A DNA stretch of 36,091 nt from Cyanophyceae cyanobacterium (GTDB taxonomy: Bacteria > Cyanobacteriota > Cyanobacteriia > Cyanobacteriales > Laspinemataceae), in assembly GCA_038321985.1 (NCBI GenBank), contig JBBQFN010000047.1, positions 1 to 36,091 of the forward strand, read 5' to 3'. The notes below the pieces were generated by a model. That model was given only the letters and a program-made list of their open reading frames with translations, made no database searches and was not told the origin of the DNA. Below are positions 9,154 through 18,180 of the stretch, one piece after another. The position numbers and the translations under genes are program-made. Within the stretch, counting starts at the first letter, position 1. Each line of letters opens with the position of its first letter.

Positions 9154-11526
9154 GTGTCCAAACCCATGCCTCAACCGCCTAAATCCCTGAAACTCGCCTT
9201 CGCCTCCTTCGGACTGCGGGGGCAAATCCTGCCCATCGTCGGGGCCACCTTGATGGGTCTATTGGGGGTCATTTATCTCTCTTCCTCTACCCTGTTGTTG
9301 GCTGGATTTGCCAAGTTTGAGCAGCAGGATACCGCCCGCAACGTCAAACGGGCGGTGGATGTCTTATTTGATGAAATCGACAAATTGAGCTTTACAGCGA
9401 ACGATTGGGCCGCCTGGGATGACACCTACGCCTTCATTGAAGATGAAAACCCGGACTATATCCAAACCAACCTTAATGATGCCACGATCGCCCGTCTGCG
9501 GTTGGATATGATGTTGTACATTCATCCCAGTGGGCGAATCGTTTTTGGGCAAAAATTTAACCCCACAACGGGGGAACGAGTCCCGGTGGAGAAAAATACT
9601 GAAGCGATCGCCTCCTTGCGCCACTATCTCACCCCTGATAGTCTCCTCGTCAACCATCCAGACACCACCAGTCTGGTAGAAGGCGTCCTGCAACTTCCGG
9701 AAGGCCCTATGGTGATTGTGTCCCGCCCCATTCTCACGGGAGAAGCGGAAGGACCCATTCGTGGGACTCTCATTATGGGACGCTACCTGAGTAGGGAAGA
9801 AATTAAGCGTCTGGGGGAACTCACCCAATTATCCATCACAATACAGGAGTGGGAGTCCCCCCAACTTCCCCCAGATTTCCAAGAAATTCGGCAGAGTATT
9901 ACCACACAGACGCATCAAAAACCGGCGTTAGTCCTGCCGGATCAAACTCCGATTTTTGTGGAAGCCTGGGATTCCCAAACTATTGCCGGTTATACTTTAG
10001 TTAAAGATATTTACAGCAATCCCGCCTTATTATTACGAGTGGAACTCCCCCGAGAGATTTACCAACAAGGCAAACGAACGGCTAACTTTATTCTCTGGGT
10101 AGTGCTTGTTGTCGGGGTGGCGTTTTTAGTGCTAACTTTGTTGCTCTTGGAAAAGGTGGTGTTATCGCGACTCTCCCAGTTGAATCAGGATGTCAATCAC
10201 ATCGGCAGCGATCGCGATTTGGCCGTTCGTCTTCCAGTACAAGGGGTGGATGAACTCTCACAGCTTGCCACCCGGATTAATGAAATGTTAGATACTTTAG
10301 ACTATTCTCAGCAAGTGCGCCATGAAAGCGAACAGCGATATCGCGCTGTGATCGAACAAACTTCAGAAAGTATCTTTTTAATTGAGCCCAATACGCAACG
10401 AATTATTGATTCCAATACCGCCTTTCAGAAGCTGCTGGGTTATGACAGTGAAGAAATTCTCTCCTTAACCTTGGGAGATTTTATTCACCATGAATCCGAG
10501 AGTATTGCTTATAATATCGAACACACTCTGTCTGCCCAATCTTATCATATTGGAGAGCGGCGTTACCGTCGTAAAGATGGTTCCTTTGTGGAGGTAGAAG
10601 TCAGCGCCAACAAAATTTATTATGGACAACGAACTGCAATTTCTGCGGTGGTTCGCGATATTACAGAACGCAAGCAAGTCGAACGAGAGCTTTACCAAGC
10701 TAAAGTTACCGCAGAACTGGCAAACAAGTCTAAAAGCCAGTTTTTAGCCAATATGAGCCATGAGTTACGGACCCCCCTGAATGCGATTATTGGCTATAGT
10801 GAAATTTTACAGGAGGAGGCGCAAGAACTCGAACCGGAGGAGTTAAATACTGATTTAGGAAAGATTGAATCCGCCGGGAGACATTTGTTAGGACTGATTA
10901 ACGATATTTTGGACCTCTCTAAAATTGAGGCGGGAAAAATGGAACTATACTTAGAATCCTTTCCCGTGGCAGTCGCGCTTCAGGAGGTCATTTCCACGGT
11001 GCACCCGTTATTACAAAAAAATGGGAATCAGTTAACTGTAGAGTGTGAAGCGGATGTGGGGGTAATGTATGCCGATTTGACGAAGGTGCGGCAGGTGTTG
11101 TTAAACCTGCTGAGTAATGCCTGTAAATTCACCGAACAGGGTATGATTTATCTAACAGTTTTCCAAGAAGACAACGACATAATCTCCGATCGCCCGGGTG
11201 TATCCGTCACCCCGGCTGAAGGGGTGGAACATCTGCGATCGGCAGTTGTGTTTCAAGTGAGGGATACAGGCATCGGGATGACTCCTGAGCAGGTGGCTAA
11301 GTTGTTTCAACCCTTCACTCAGGCAGATACATCTACAACTCGTAAATATGGCGGTACAGGTTTGGGACTGGCGATCGCCAAACAATTCTGTCAGATGATG
11401 GGAGGGAGTCTGACTGCCCAGAGTGAATTTTGCAAGGGTTCAACATTCACGATCCGCCTTCCCGTGATGGTTCGCCTCTCGAATCCCGAGTTAATCGATG
11501 AATCGAGCAAACCGGAGTTGGTTTAA
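9154..11526 (+). CDS. Membrane sensor histidine kinase (CHASE4-like periplasmic domain, HAMP, PAS, HisKA, HATPase), no receiver domain
   Basis: Two TM segments flanking DWAAWDDTY (CHASE4-like); [57 protein letters not shown]. Confidence 0.93.
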   Translation: MSKPMPQPPKSLKLAFASFGLRGQILPIVGATLMGLLGVIYLSSSTLLLAGFAKFEQQDTARNVKRAVDVLFDEIDKLSFTANDWAAWDDTYAFIEDENPDYIQTNLNDATIARLRLDMMLYIHPSGRIVFGQKFNPTTGERVPVEKNTEAIASLRHYLTPDSLLVNHPDTTSLVEGVLQLPEGPMVIVSRPILTGEAEGPIRGTLIMGRYLSREEIKRLGELTQLSITIQEWESPQLPPDFQEIRQSITTQTHQKPALVLPDQTPIFVEAWDSQTIAGYTLVKDIYSNPALLLRVELPREIYQQGKRTANFILWVVLVVGVAFLVLTLLLLEKVVLSRLSQLNQDVNHIGSDRDLAVRLPVQGVDELSQLATRINEMLDTLDYSQQVRHESEQRYRAVIEQTSESIFLIEPNTQRIIDSNTAFQKLLGYDSEEILSLTLGDFIHHESESIAYNIEHTLSAQSYHIGERRYRRKDGSFVEVEVSANKIYYGQRTAISAVVRDITERKQVERELYQAKVTAELANKSKSQFLANMSHELRTPLNAIIGYSEILQEEAQELEPEELNTDLGKIESAGRHLLGLINDILDLSKIEAGKMELYLESFPVAVALQEVISTVHPLLQKNGNQLTVECEADVGVMYADLTKVRQVLLNLLSNACKFTEQGMIYLTVFQEDNDIISDRPGVSVTPAEGVEHLRSAVVFQVRDTGIGMTPEQVAKLFQPFTQADTSTTRKYGGTGLGLAIAKQFCQMMGGSLTAQSEFCKGSTFTIRLPVMVRLSNPELIDESSKPELV

Positions 11527-11563
11527 TCTTTTTATTTTTTCTTGCAAGAGGAACAAAGTTAGT

Positions 11564-12049
11564 ATGAAAACCTGGCAGGGATCCAATCCCTTAATGATTA
11601 TGTTGGGCTTATTGTTGAGTCTGGCAGTCGCCCTCTTCGGCATCTTGGTTTGGCAAGAGTCACAGATTCCGAATGCTCCGCCCAGGGCGCTTTTGTCGAG
11701 GACTGTACCTGTGAGTTCCGTAGATGAACCGATCCAGCCGATTCCCCTTTCTCTTGATCTGAATCCGGAGAAAGTCGCTTTAAGCAAACAGTTATTTAAT
11801 GTAAAAATATTTAACGGGCTGTATCCCGTGGGAATCAAAAAATTTATCGATGATCTTTGGGGGGACACAGTGAATATTGCCAGTTGCAGGGAATCTCATA
11901 GGATTCCCCGTACTATTCAGGTAACGGCAGAGATTTATCACCCCTTGCAAGATAAATATCACTTTGAGGAACGGGGTTTGATGGAGAGCAAAGGTAAAGG
12001 ACCGATTAAAACCTATCTGCTGATTGATCGCCTACCTTTGGTGCTCTAA
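11564..12049 (+). pseudogene. Chimeric deletion remnant: N-terminus of a di-heme cytochrome c peroxidase-like protein fused to a degenerate class III cyclase C-terminus
   Basis: TM/signal segment + EPIQPIPLSLDLNPEKVALSKQLF, then GIKKFIDDLWGDTVNIASCRESH...KGKGPIKTYLL; no CxxCH motif and no N-terminal half of the cyclase domain. Confidence 0.7.
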
Positions 12050-12230
12050 AATGACAAAGAAACCTGTCGAGTCCGGCAAATATCCTGGCCGACTTACGCA
12101 CCCGACTTAAAAGCTCCAGTCTCTTAAAGTCATTGGGGATACACAATCATTACCCTTCATTTAGAAACTGAAGTGGAAGCGTAAGTCATTTATTGTTTGA
12201 AAATCCGGTGCTATCTGGACCTTAATTGAT

Positions 12231-13757
12231 ATGAGTACAACGGATAAATCAATGCTAAATGGATTCATTTCTATATTCAATTTGCTTAACGCTCGCTTAT
12301 CACGTCGCATTGCTCTATGGGTATTTATTAGCATTGTGGCGGTCGAAGCTATGATTTTATTCCCCTCCGCTTATCGCCGAGATCGCGAACTGATTCAGCA
12401 TTTAGAAGATGTTGGGGTCGCCACCATCTCTCCCTTACTGCGGTTATGCGGGTCCCAAATCACCGCCGCTAAAATTCAACAAGTGGCACACCAATTAATA
12501 TTAGAATCCCAGGTGGTTGGGGGTCAGGTTTATACCCAAAATGGAGAGGCGATCGCCCAATTTGGTGAAGCGCCAGAATTAAAATTTAATCCGCTAATAG
12601 ACGAGCAGTTACTTCGCCTCCGTAGTGCCAATGGCAAACGCTATGATGTAGCCCTCTGGACTGAAGCCCAAGGGAATCCCTATCTCTTAATCGTTCGCCT
12701 TGATTCTTCTCAAATCAAATGGGAAATTAAAGCCTTTATTGTGCGAATCTTTGGCTTAGTTATTCTGATTTGTATTTTTGTCACCCTGGCTACTCTAGCG
12801 GCCCTCGCACCGGCGGTAATCGTTCCCATTTTGAATCTGAGAAAGGCGTTGATTGCGGTGGGAGAATCCCCGGGAGCAGTAACAGAAGATTTAAGCTGTC
12901 TTTCCCTCGCCCTGGATCGTCGGGATGAATTAGGCGATGTGGTGATGGATTTTAACCGCATGAATCACCAAATTAATCGCTATTTCAAGGAAATCCAAGA
13001 GAGTAAAAAAGAATTGGAAAATTTAGTGGCAGAAGTGGAAATTGCCCGCGACCAATCCGAAAAATTACTACTTAATGTTTTACCCCCTACCATCGCCCAG
13101 CAGTTGAAACTCGGCGTCTATCCTATCGCCGAAAGTTTTCTCAATGCCACCGTTTTATTTGCTGATCTTGTGGGATTTACCCAGCTTTCTACCGAAGTAC
13201 CTGCGGTAGAAGTGGTGGAGTTACTGAATAAAATCTTTTCTTTATTTGACTACCTTGCCGAACAGTACGGGGTGGAAAAAATTAAGACCATTGGCGATGC
13301 TTATATGGCAGTGGGAGGACTTCCTCAACCGCATCCGGATTGTGCCAAGGCGATCGCGCAAATGGCCCTGGATATGCAGCAAGCGGTACGCCAACTCGCG
13401 GCAGAAACGGGCATCCCCTTAAGCATCCGCATCGGCATCAACAATGGTCCTGTCGTCGCTGGGGTGATTGGCACCAAAAAATTTATTTACGATTTGTGGG
13501 GGGATGCCGTCAATACCGCTTCCCGCATGGAATCTCACGGCATTCCTGGACAAATCCAAGTTTCAGAAGTGACTTATTTCCTCCTGCGCGATCGCTTCCA
13601 ATTCCAGTCTCGCGGCGCGATCAAGGTGAAGGGTAAAGGAATGATGAAAACCTATCTCCTCCTAGGTTTGTTAGAGGAAACGACCCAGGATAACCCGCTA
13701 ACCGCCGCATCCTCAATTGCACCACCCGAAACCGCTTCGGGTTCTCAAGGATCCTAA
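12231..13757 (+). CDS. Membrane-bound class III adenylate cyclase with HAMP domain
   Basis: TVLFADLVGFT, EKIKTIGDAYM (Lys), YDLWGDAVNTASRMES (Asp, Asn, Arg), consistent with ATP specificity. Confidence 0.93.
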   Translation: MSTTDKSMLNGFISIFNLLNARLSRRIALWVFISIVAVEAMILFPSAYRRDRELIQHLEDVGVATISPLLRLCGSQITAAKIQQVAHQLILESQVVGGQVYTQNGEAIAQFGEAPELKFNPLIDEQLLRLRSANGKRYDVALWTEAQGNPYLLIVRLDSSQIKWEIKAFIVRIFGLVILICIFVTLATLAALAPAVIVPILNLRKALIAVGESPGAVTEDLSCLSLALDRRDELGDVVMDFNRMNHQINRYFKEIQESKKELENLVAEVEIARDQSEKLLLNVLPPTIAQQLKLGVYPIAESFLNATVLFADLVGFTQLSTEVPAVEVVELLNKIFSLFDYLAEQYGVEKIKTIGDAYMAVGGLPQPHPDCAKAIAQMALDMQQAVRQLAAETGIPLSIRIGINNGPVVAGVIGTKKFIYDLWGDAVNTASRMESHGIPGQIQVSEVTYFLLRDRFQFQSRGAIKVKGKGMMKTYLLLGLLEETTQDNPLTAASSIAPPETASGSQGS

Positions 13758-13842
13758 TTTACCCCAAAAAATTCAGGAATTTTACACAGTCTGTTCAAGC
13801 TGTGCTAACATCTGTGAAAATATTCTTTTTAATAGAGACGCA

Positions 13843-14340
13843 ATGGGCAAGGTTCTAGTCCTTAACGCCTCCTACGAACCGCTCAACATCACGAGCTGGA
13901 GGAGGGCCATCGTGTTATTGCTGAAGGGGAAAGCCGAGCAGGTCGAACATAACGGCAAGTTTATCTATTCCGATGTTCCTCTGCCTACGGTGATTCGGCT
14001 TCGGCATTACGTCCGCATTCCGTATCATGAAATTCCATTGACCCGGAGAAATATCCTACATCGAGATAGCCATGCTTGTCAATACTGTGGCTATTCTGGA
14101 GATGAACTGACCTTAGATCATGTTATCCCGCGATCGCGTGGGGGTCCCGACAGTTGGGAAAACCTCGTGTCTGCCTGCGTGCGCTGCAACGTCAAAAAAG
14201 GAAACCGCACCCCAGAGGAAAGTAAAATGCCCCTAGTCAGGATACCACGGCGACCCTACAGCAGCCTTTATTTTGAGGTGAGTAAGCATCTCAAAAGCGG
14301 GCTACATCAGGAGTGGCAAAAATATGTCATTGGCATTTAA
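13843..14340 (+). CDS. HNH endonuclease (conserved cyanobacterial type); likely start ATG 13843
   Basis: MGKVLVLNASYEPL...RDSHACQYCG...LTLDHVIPRSRGG..SWENLVSACVRCNVKKG. Confidence 0.92.
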   Translation: MGKVLVLNASYEPLNITSWRRAIVLLLKGKAEQVEHNGKFIYSDVPLPTVIRLRHYVRIPYHEIPLTRRNILHRDSHACQYCGYSGDELTLDHVIPRSRGGPDSWENLVSACVRCNVKKGNRTPEESKMPLVRIPRRPYSSLYFEVSKHLKSGLHQEWQKYVIGI

Positions 14341-14375
14341 ACCCCTTGTAGTTGGTTCAACTACGAGGGGTTTTT
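14339..14375 (+). terminator. Rho-independent terminator after HNH gene
   Basis: AAACCCCTTGTAGTTG-gtt-CAACTACGAGGGGTTTTT. Confidence 0.8.
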
Positions 14376-14521
14376 GCCAAGAGTTCTTGACCCAGGCGAT
14401 CGCAGAAATGGCACTTGAAGCGCTATCGTAGAGTTATTCTACACGGGCAGTCAATAACTGAGAAACGGTTAACCATCGGCTGTTGCGTTTTAAATTAATG
14501 CGCTGATTAAGGGGAAAATTA

Positions 14522-15730
14522 GTGGAGGAATCGAACACCGAACTCGGTCCAATAGCCGTTCGGGATGGAGTATTACCGCTCATTTCTAGCGAGAGCAAGC
14601 AATGGCTAGATCCGGGAAGCCTGATGAAAGCCGAAGCACTGAGACAGGTTTTGCAGCAGCATGACGGCAATCGGCACTTGGTGGTTCTCCAGGACTTCCC
14701 GGACCCCGATGCCATGTCTTGTGCCTGGGCTTACAAATTAATTGCCGAACAGCATGATATTGAATGCGATATCGTCTACGCTGGAGCACTCAGTCATCAA
14801 GAAAATATTGCATTAGTGAAATTGACGGGATTACCCGTGCAGCGCTTGCCCCTAGAAATAGCAAAATCCAAGGATTGGTCTATCTACGACGGCTGCGTAT
14901 TGATTGATAATCAGGGAACAACTTCTCAGTTATTCGCCCTGTTACAAATCGCACAGGTTCCGTTGGTTGTGGTGATCGATCATCATACTATTCAGGATGA
15001 ATTAAAGGCTGAATTTTTAGATATTCGTCCCCATATTCGAGCCACTGCCACCATTTTTACTCAATATTTGATGGCTGAATTGCTCTACCTGGATGTTAAC
15101 ATCAGTGATCATGTGAAATGTGCCACGGCGTTAATGCATGGGTTGCGATCGGATACAAATCAACTGCGACAAGCTAGGGAAGATGATTTCATGGCAGCGG
15201 CTTATTTAAGTCGATTTTATGATAGCCAATTGATTAGTTCAGTGTTGCAAGCGTCTCGGTCTAAACGGGTGATGGATGTGATTGAGCGATCGCTCAAAAA
15301 TAGAATCGTTCAGAATAATTTCTGTATCGCTGGGGTTGGATACTTGCGTTACGATGACCGCGATGCCATCCCCCAAGCGGCAGATTTTTTAGTTACTGAA
15401 GAAAACGTTCATACCGCAGTCGTGTATGGCATCGTTCATGATGAAGACGAAGATATCGAGTTAGTCACAGGTTCCCTGAGAACCGGCAAACTCACCTTAG
15501 ACCCGGATGAATTTATTAAAGAAGCCTTTGGAAAAGATGCTCAAGGGCGCTTCTTTGGCGGAGGGCGATCGCAAGCCGGGGGATTTGAAATACCAATGGG
15601 ATTCCTATCCGGCAGCAACGACAGTAAAGATTTTGCTCGAATGAAATGGGAAGTCTTTGATTTACAAATCAAACAAAAGCTGCTGAAATTAGTTAGTCCC
15701 AAAGATGATTTAATTAATAGCACTAATTAA
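14522..15730 (+). CDS. DHH family phosphoesterase (NrnA-like); exact start uncertain
   Basis: QDFPDPDAM, LIDNQ, VIDHH, GLRSDT, C-terminal FGGGRSQAGG. Confidence 0.88.
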   Translation: MEESNTELGPIAVRDGVLPLISSESKQWLDPGSLMKAEALRQVLQQHDGNRHLVVLQDFPDPDAMSCAWAYKLIAEQHDIECDIVYAGALSHQENIALVKLTGLPVQRLPLEIAKSKDWSIYDGCVLIDNQGTTSQLFALLQIAQVPLVVVIDHHTIQDELKAEFLDIRPHIRATATIFTQYLMAELLYLDVNISDHVKCATALMHGLRSDTNQLRQAREDDFMAAAYLSRFYDSQLISSVLQASRSKRVMDVIERSLKNRIVQNNFCIAGVGYLRYDDRDAIPQAADFLVTEENVHTAVVYGIVHDEDEDIELVTGSLRTGKLTLDPDEFIKEAFGKDAQGRFFGGGRSQAGGFEIPMGFLSGSNDSKDFARMKWEVFDLQIKQKLLKLVSPKDDLINSTN

Positions 15731-15805
15731 ATTCCTCTATTTGTTAGCGAGCAAGCTACCCGCCCCTTTTAATAAACACCCATCCTTAAAAATGCCATAC
15801 TAGAA

Positions 15806-15843
15806 GCCGTCATTCTCGCCCCCGCATAGGCGGGAATGACGGC
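15806..15843. repeat. 15-bp inverted repeat (CGTCATTC-type REP-like hairpin)
   Basis: GCCGTCATTCTCGCC-cccgcata-GGCGGGAATGACGGC, one T-G position. Confidence 0.7.
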
Positions 15844-15922
15844 ACTGAATCCATCTTTTTTGCCTTCCCTACCCCATTACCACGGGTAATAATGTATCCC
15901 TGCGTCCTCAACAGTTCATACG

Positions 15923-16423
15923 ATGAGAAAAACCATCATCGGCGTCATGGGCCCCGGGTTTAATGCTACAAAACAAGACCTAGATAACGCCTATCAACTC
16001 GGAAAATTAATCGCCGAACAGGGCTGGATTTTATTAACGGGAGGCAGAAAAGCCGGAGTCATGGATGCCGCCAGTCAAGGCGCAAAATCTGCCAACGGGT
16101 TAACCCTTGGCATCCTCCCGGGGGAAGATAAAACCGGCATATCTGAAGCCATTGATATTGCCATCATCACCGGCATGGGTAGCGCCCGAAATAATATTAA
16201 TGTTCTGACTGGCGATGTCGTAATCGCCTGCGGAATGGGTAGCGGGACTGCTTCAGAAATTGCCCTAGCATTGAAGGCGGATAAACCCGTTATTTTATTG
16301 AATGATAACCGAGAAAGCCATCAATTTTTTAGCAGTTTAACGTCCGATAGCGTGATGATTGTGGAGAGTCCAGAGGAGGCGATCGCCCGAGTTAGGGATA
16401 TTGTATCGACTCCAGACAGCTAA
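15923..16423 (+). CDS. LOG/SLOG family protein (TIGR00725-like)
   Basis: IIGVMG, LTGGRKAGVMDAASQGA, TLGILPG, TGMGSARNNINV, GTASEIALAL. Confidence 0.88.
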   Translation: MRKTIIGVMGPGFNATKQDLDNAYQLGKLIAEQGWILLTGGRKAGVMDAASQGAKSANGLTLGILPGEDKTGISEAIDIAIITGMGSARNNINVLTGDVVIACGMGSGTASEIALALKADKPVILLNDNRESHQFFSSLTSDSVMIVESPEEAIARVRDIVSTPDS

Positions 16424-16458
16424 ACTAGAGAAACATTCCGCAAGTGCCATCACGAACC

Positions 16459-16749
16459 ATGAAACGAGAAGAGGTCCTGGCGATCGTTGCCCAACATCAA
16501 CAAGAATTAAGAGCAATGGGAGTGAAATCCCTCGCCTTATTTGGTTCCGTTGCGCGAGATGAAGCAACCGCCGAGAGTGATGTTGATTTTTTAGTAGAAT
16601 TTGACCGTCCCATCGGATTATTCCAATTTAGCCGAGTGCGACTGTATTTAGAAGAAATTTTAGGCTGTTCCGTGGATATTGGAACTCCGAAATATCTGCG
16701 AGAGGAATTGCGCGATCGCATCCTCCGAGAGAAAATTCATGCCTTATAA
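16459..16749 (+). CDS. Minimal nucleotidyltransferase (MNT/MntA-type antitoxin), orphan
   Basis: LFGSVARDEATAESDVDFLVEF (GS..DxD motif); ATG at 16459. Confidence 0.9.
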   Translation: MKREEVLAIVAQHQQELRAMGVKSLALFGSVARDEATAESDVDFLVEFDRPIGLFQFSRVRLYLEEILGCSVDIGTPKYLREELRDRILREKIHAL

Positions 16750-16858
16750 ATCCTAAATCATCATCGGTCATTCCCGGGCAGGGGCCTAATTTACTAAAAA
16801 TCTGGCTCCAATCTGCCCAAGACAGTTGATAAATTAATAAAAAAGGTCAATTTCTTGA

Positions 16859-17542
16859 TTAAATCTTCCCCTGCTTTTTAAGATTAGACAAAGCATTTTC
16901 AGCCGCTTGCTTTTCCGCCTCTTTCTTGCCACAGGCTTTGCCTTCTCCCAATGGTTCATCCTTTACATAAACGGTAGATAGATATTCTGGTGCATGATCC
17001 GGGCCTCCGATTCGTTCTGTCCTATATTTGGGCAGTATTGAGCCAAAAGTTGTTTGGACATACTCTTGCAGCCTATTTTTGGAATCAATGTTAGAGCGAA
17101 GTTCAACCGTTGTGGGAGATACTGAATCAAATAAATCCTCGATAATGGGACGAAGTAACTCCATCTTGCGATCGCAGTCTAAATAATAGGCTCCCACAAC
17201 CGCTTCAAAGGTGCTACTCAATAAATTAGGACTCTGATAACCCCCAGACTTAATCAGCCCTTGACCTAGACGCATCCGAAAGGTCAACCCCACTTCAGTA
17301 GCAAATTTAGCCAGTTGTTTTTCATCCACCAAAGCCGATCGCCGTCGCGTCATTTCATCTTCTGCCATTTCCGGATGCCGACAGTACAGGTATTCGCCAC
17401 TAATAAAAGTAAGTAGAGCATCCCCTAAAAACTCTAGGCGTTCATTATGCAGTTCGCCCAAGTTTTCATTGGCATAAGAACGATGAGTCAATGCCTGTAG
17501 CAAGAGCTTTTCATTTGTGAATTTCAATAATTTATGGTCCAT
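16859..17542 (-). CDS. rnc: Ribonuclease III with C-terminal dsRNA-binding domain
   Basis: QALTHRSY, NERLEFLGDA signature, STFEAVVGAYYLD, dsRBD KNRLQEYVQ...GPDHAPEY...KKEAEKQAA. Confidence 0.93.
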   Translation of the reverse strand: MDHKLLKFTNEKLLLQALTHRSYANENLGELHNERLEFLGDALLTFISGEYLYCRHPEMAEDEMTRRRSALVDEKQLAKFATEVGLTFRMRLGQGLIKSGGYQSPNLLSSTFEAVVGAYYLDCDRKMELLRPIIEDLFDSVSPTTVELRSNIDSKNRLQEYVQTTFGSILPKYRTERIGGPDHAPEYLSTVYVKDEPLGEGKACGKKEAEKQAAENALSNLKKQGKI

Positions 17543-17574
17543 TGGTCTGAGTCTACTGGTTAGTTTTTATCTAA

Positions 17575-17583
17575 ATCATAGCA
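17575..17583 (-). promoter_or_regulatory. Putative extended -10 promoter for the RNase III gene
   Basis: Minus strand TGCTATGAT (TGn-TATGAT) about 32 nt upstream of the ATG. Confidence 0.45.
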
Positions 17584-17592
17584 TTTATCTCG

Positions 17593-17636
17593 TTAAAGAA
17601 AAAGGGGCAAACATGAGTTTGCCCCTTTTTCTTTAA
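17593..17636. terminator. Strong bidirectional intrinsic terminator downstream of the NYN gene
   Basis: Perfect 20-bp arms TTAAAGAAAAAGGGGCAAAC-atga-GTTTGCCCCTTTTTCTTTAA. Confidence 0.85.
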
Positions 17637-17669
17637 ATCAAGCTATTTGTTTGTTTGGGTCATGAATGA

Positions 17670-18149
17670 TCATGTATTGTTAAAACGAGAAAACATTTTT
17701 TCAACTTGATTTAAAGTGTAGAAGGCATCAACGCGATTTTGAAGTTTTTTACTGGTATTAACCCAGGACTCTGTAATTAAAATCACTTTTTTACCTTGGG
17801 ACTGTAACTGACTTACTAAATGACTAAATCCCCCATCCTTGGATAACAGAAATACCGTAGATATTTCGGGATTAGGGAGAATATAGTGCATACAGTCAGC
17901 TTTGATTTTCTCGTCTGCATCATTTTTATGCAATCGAGACGCCTGAACCCAGCGACACTCAATACCCAGTTTGTCCCAAATACTAGCCCATTTCTTCAGT
18001 TCTATGAACCCAGTGTATGCTTTTACATAGGGGAGGGTTCCATGTTCTTTTGCAAATTGCAATAAAGCTATAACTTGGTTTTCGGACTGAAAGTGGACAT
18101 TTTGAGCATCCACGATAATCGCTACTTGATTCGGCCATTTGTAGAACAT
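17670..18149 (-). CDS. Stand-alone NYN (LabA/DUF88, PIN-like fold) domain protein
   Basis: VAIIVDAQNV (DxxN), KNDADEKI (KxxxD), VFLLSKDGGFSHLV..L...GKKVILI, SKKLQNRVDAFY; GAGG RBS. Confidence 0.85.
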   Translation of the reverse strand: MFYKWPNQVAIIVDAQNVHFQSENQVIALLQFAKEHGTLPYVKAYTGFIELKKWASIWDKLGIECRWVQASRLHKNDADEKIKADCMHYILPNPEISTVFLLSKDGGFSHLVSQLQSQGKKVILITESWVNTSKKLQNRVDAFYTLNQVEKMFSRFNNT

Positions 18150-18180
18150 TTTGTGCCTCTTCCATGATTAATGATTGGAG

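Noticed and set aside
13717..13842. N-terminal extension of the HNH ORF given in the track
   Set aside because: Overlaps the cyclase end and the promoter-like region; family similarity begins at MGKVLVLN (13843)
16444..16458. GTG-started MPSRT extension of the MNT, resembling a HEPN N-terminus
   Set aside because: Five residues are too few to be meaningful; ATG 16459 gives a typical MNT length
17983..18165. 60-aa minus-strand ORF overlapping the NYN start
   Set aside because: Out-of-frame overlap with a well-supported gene; no RBS or motif, though a regulatory uORF cannot be fully excluded
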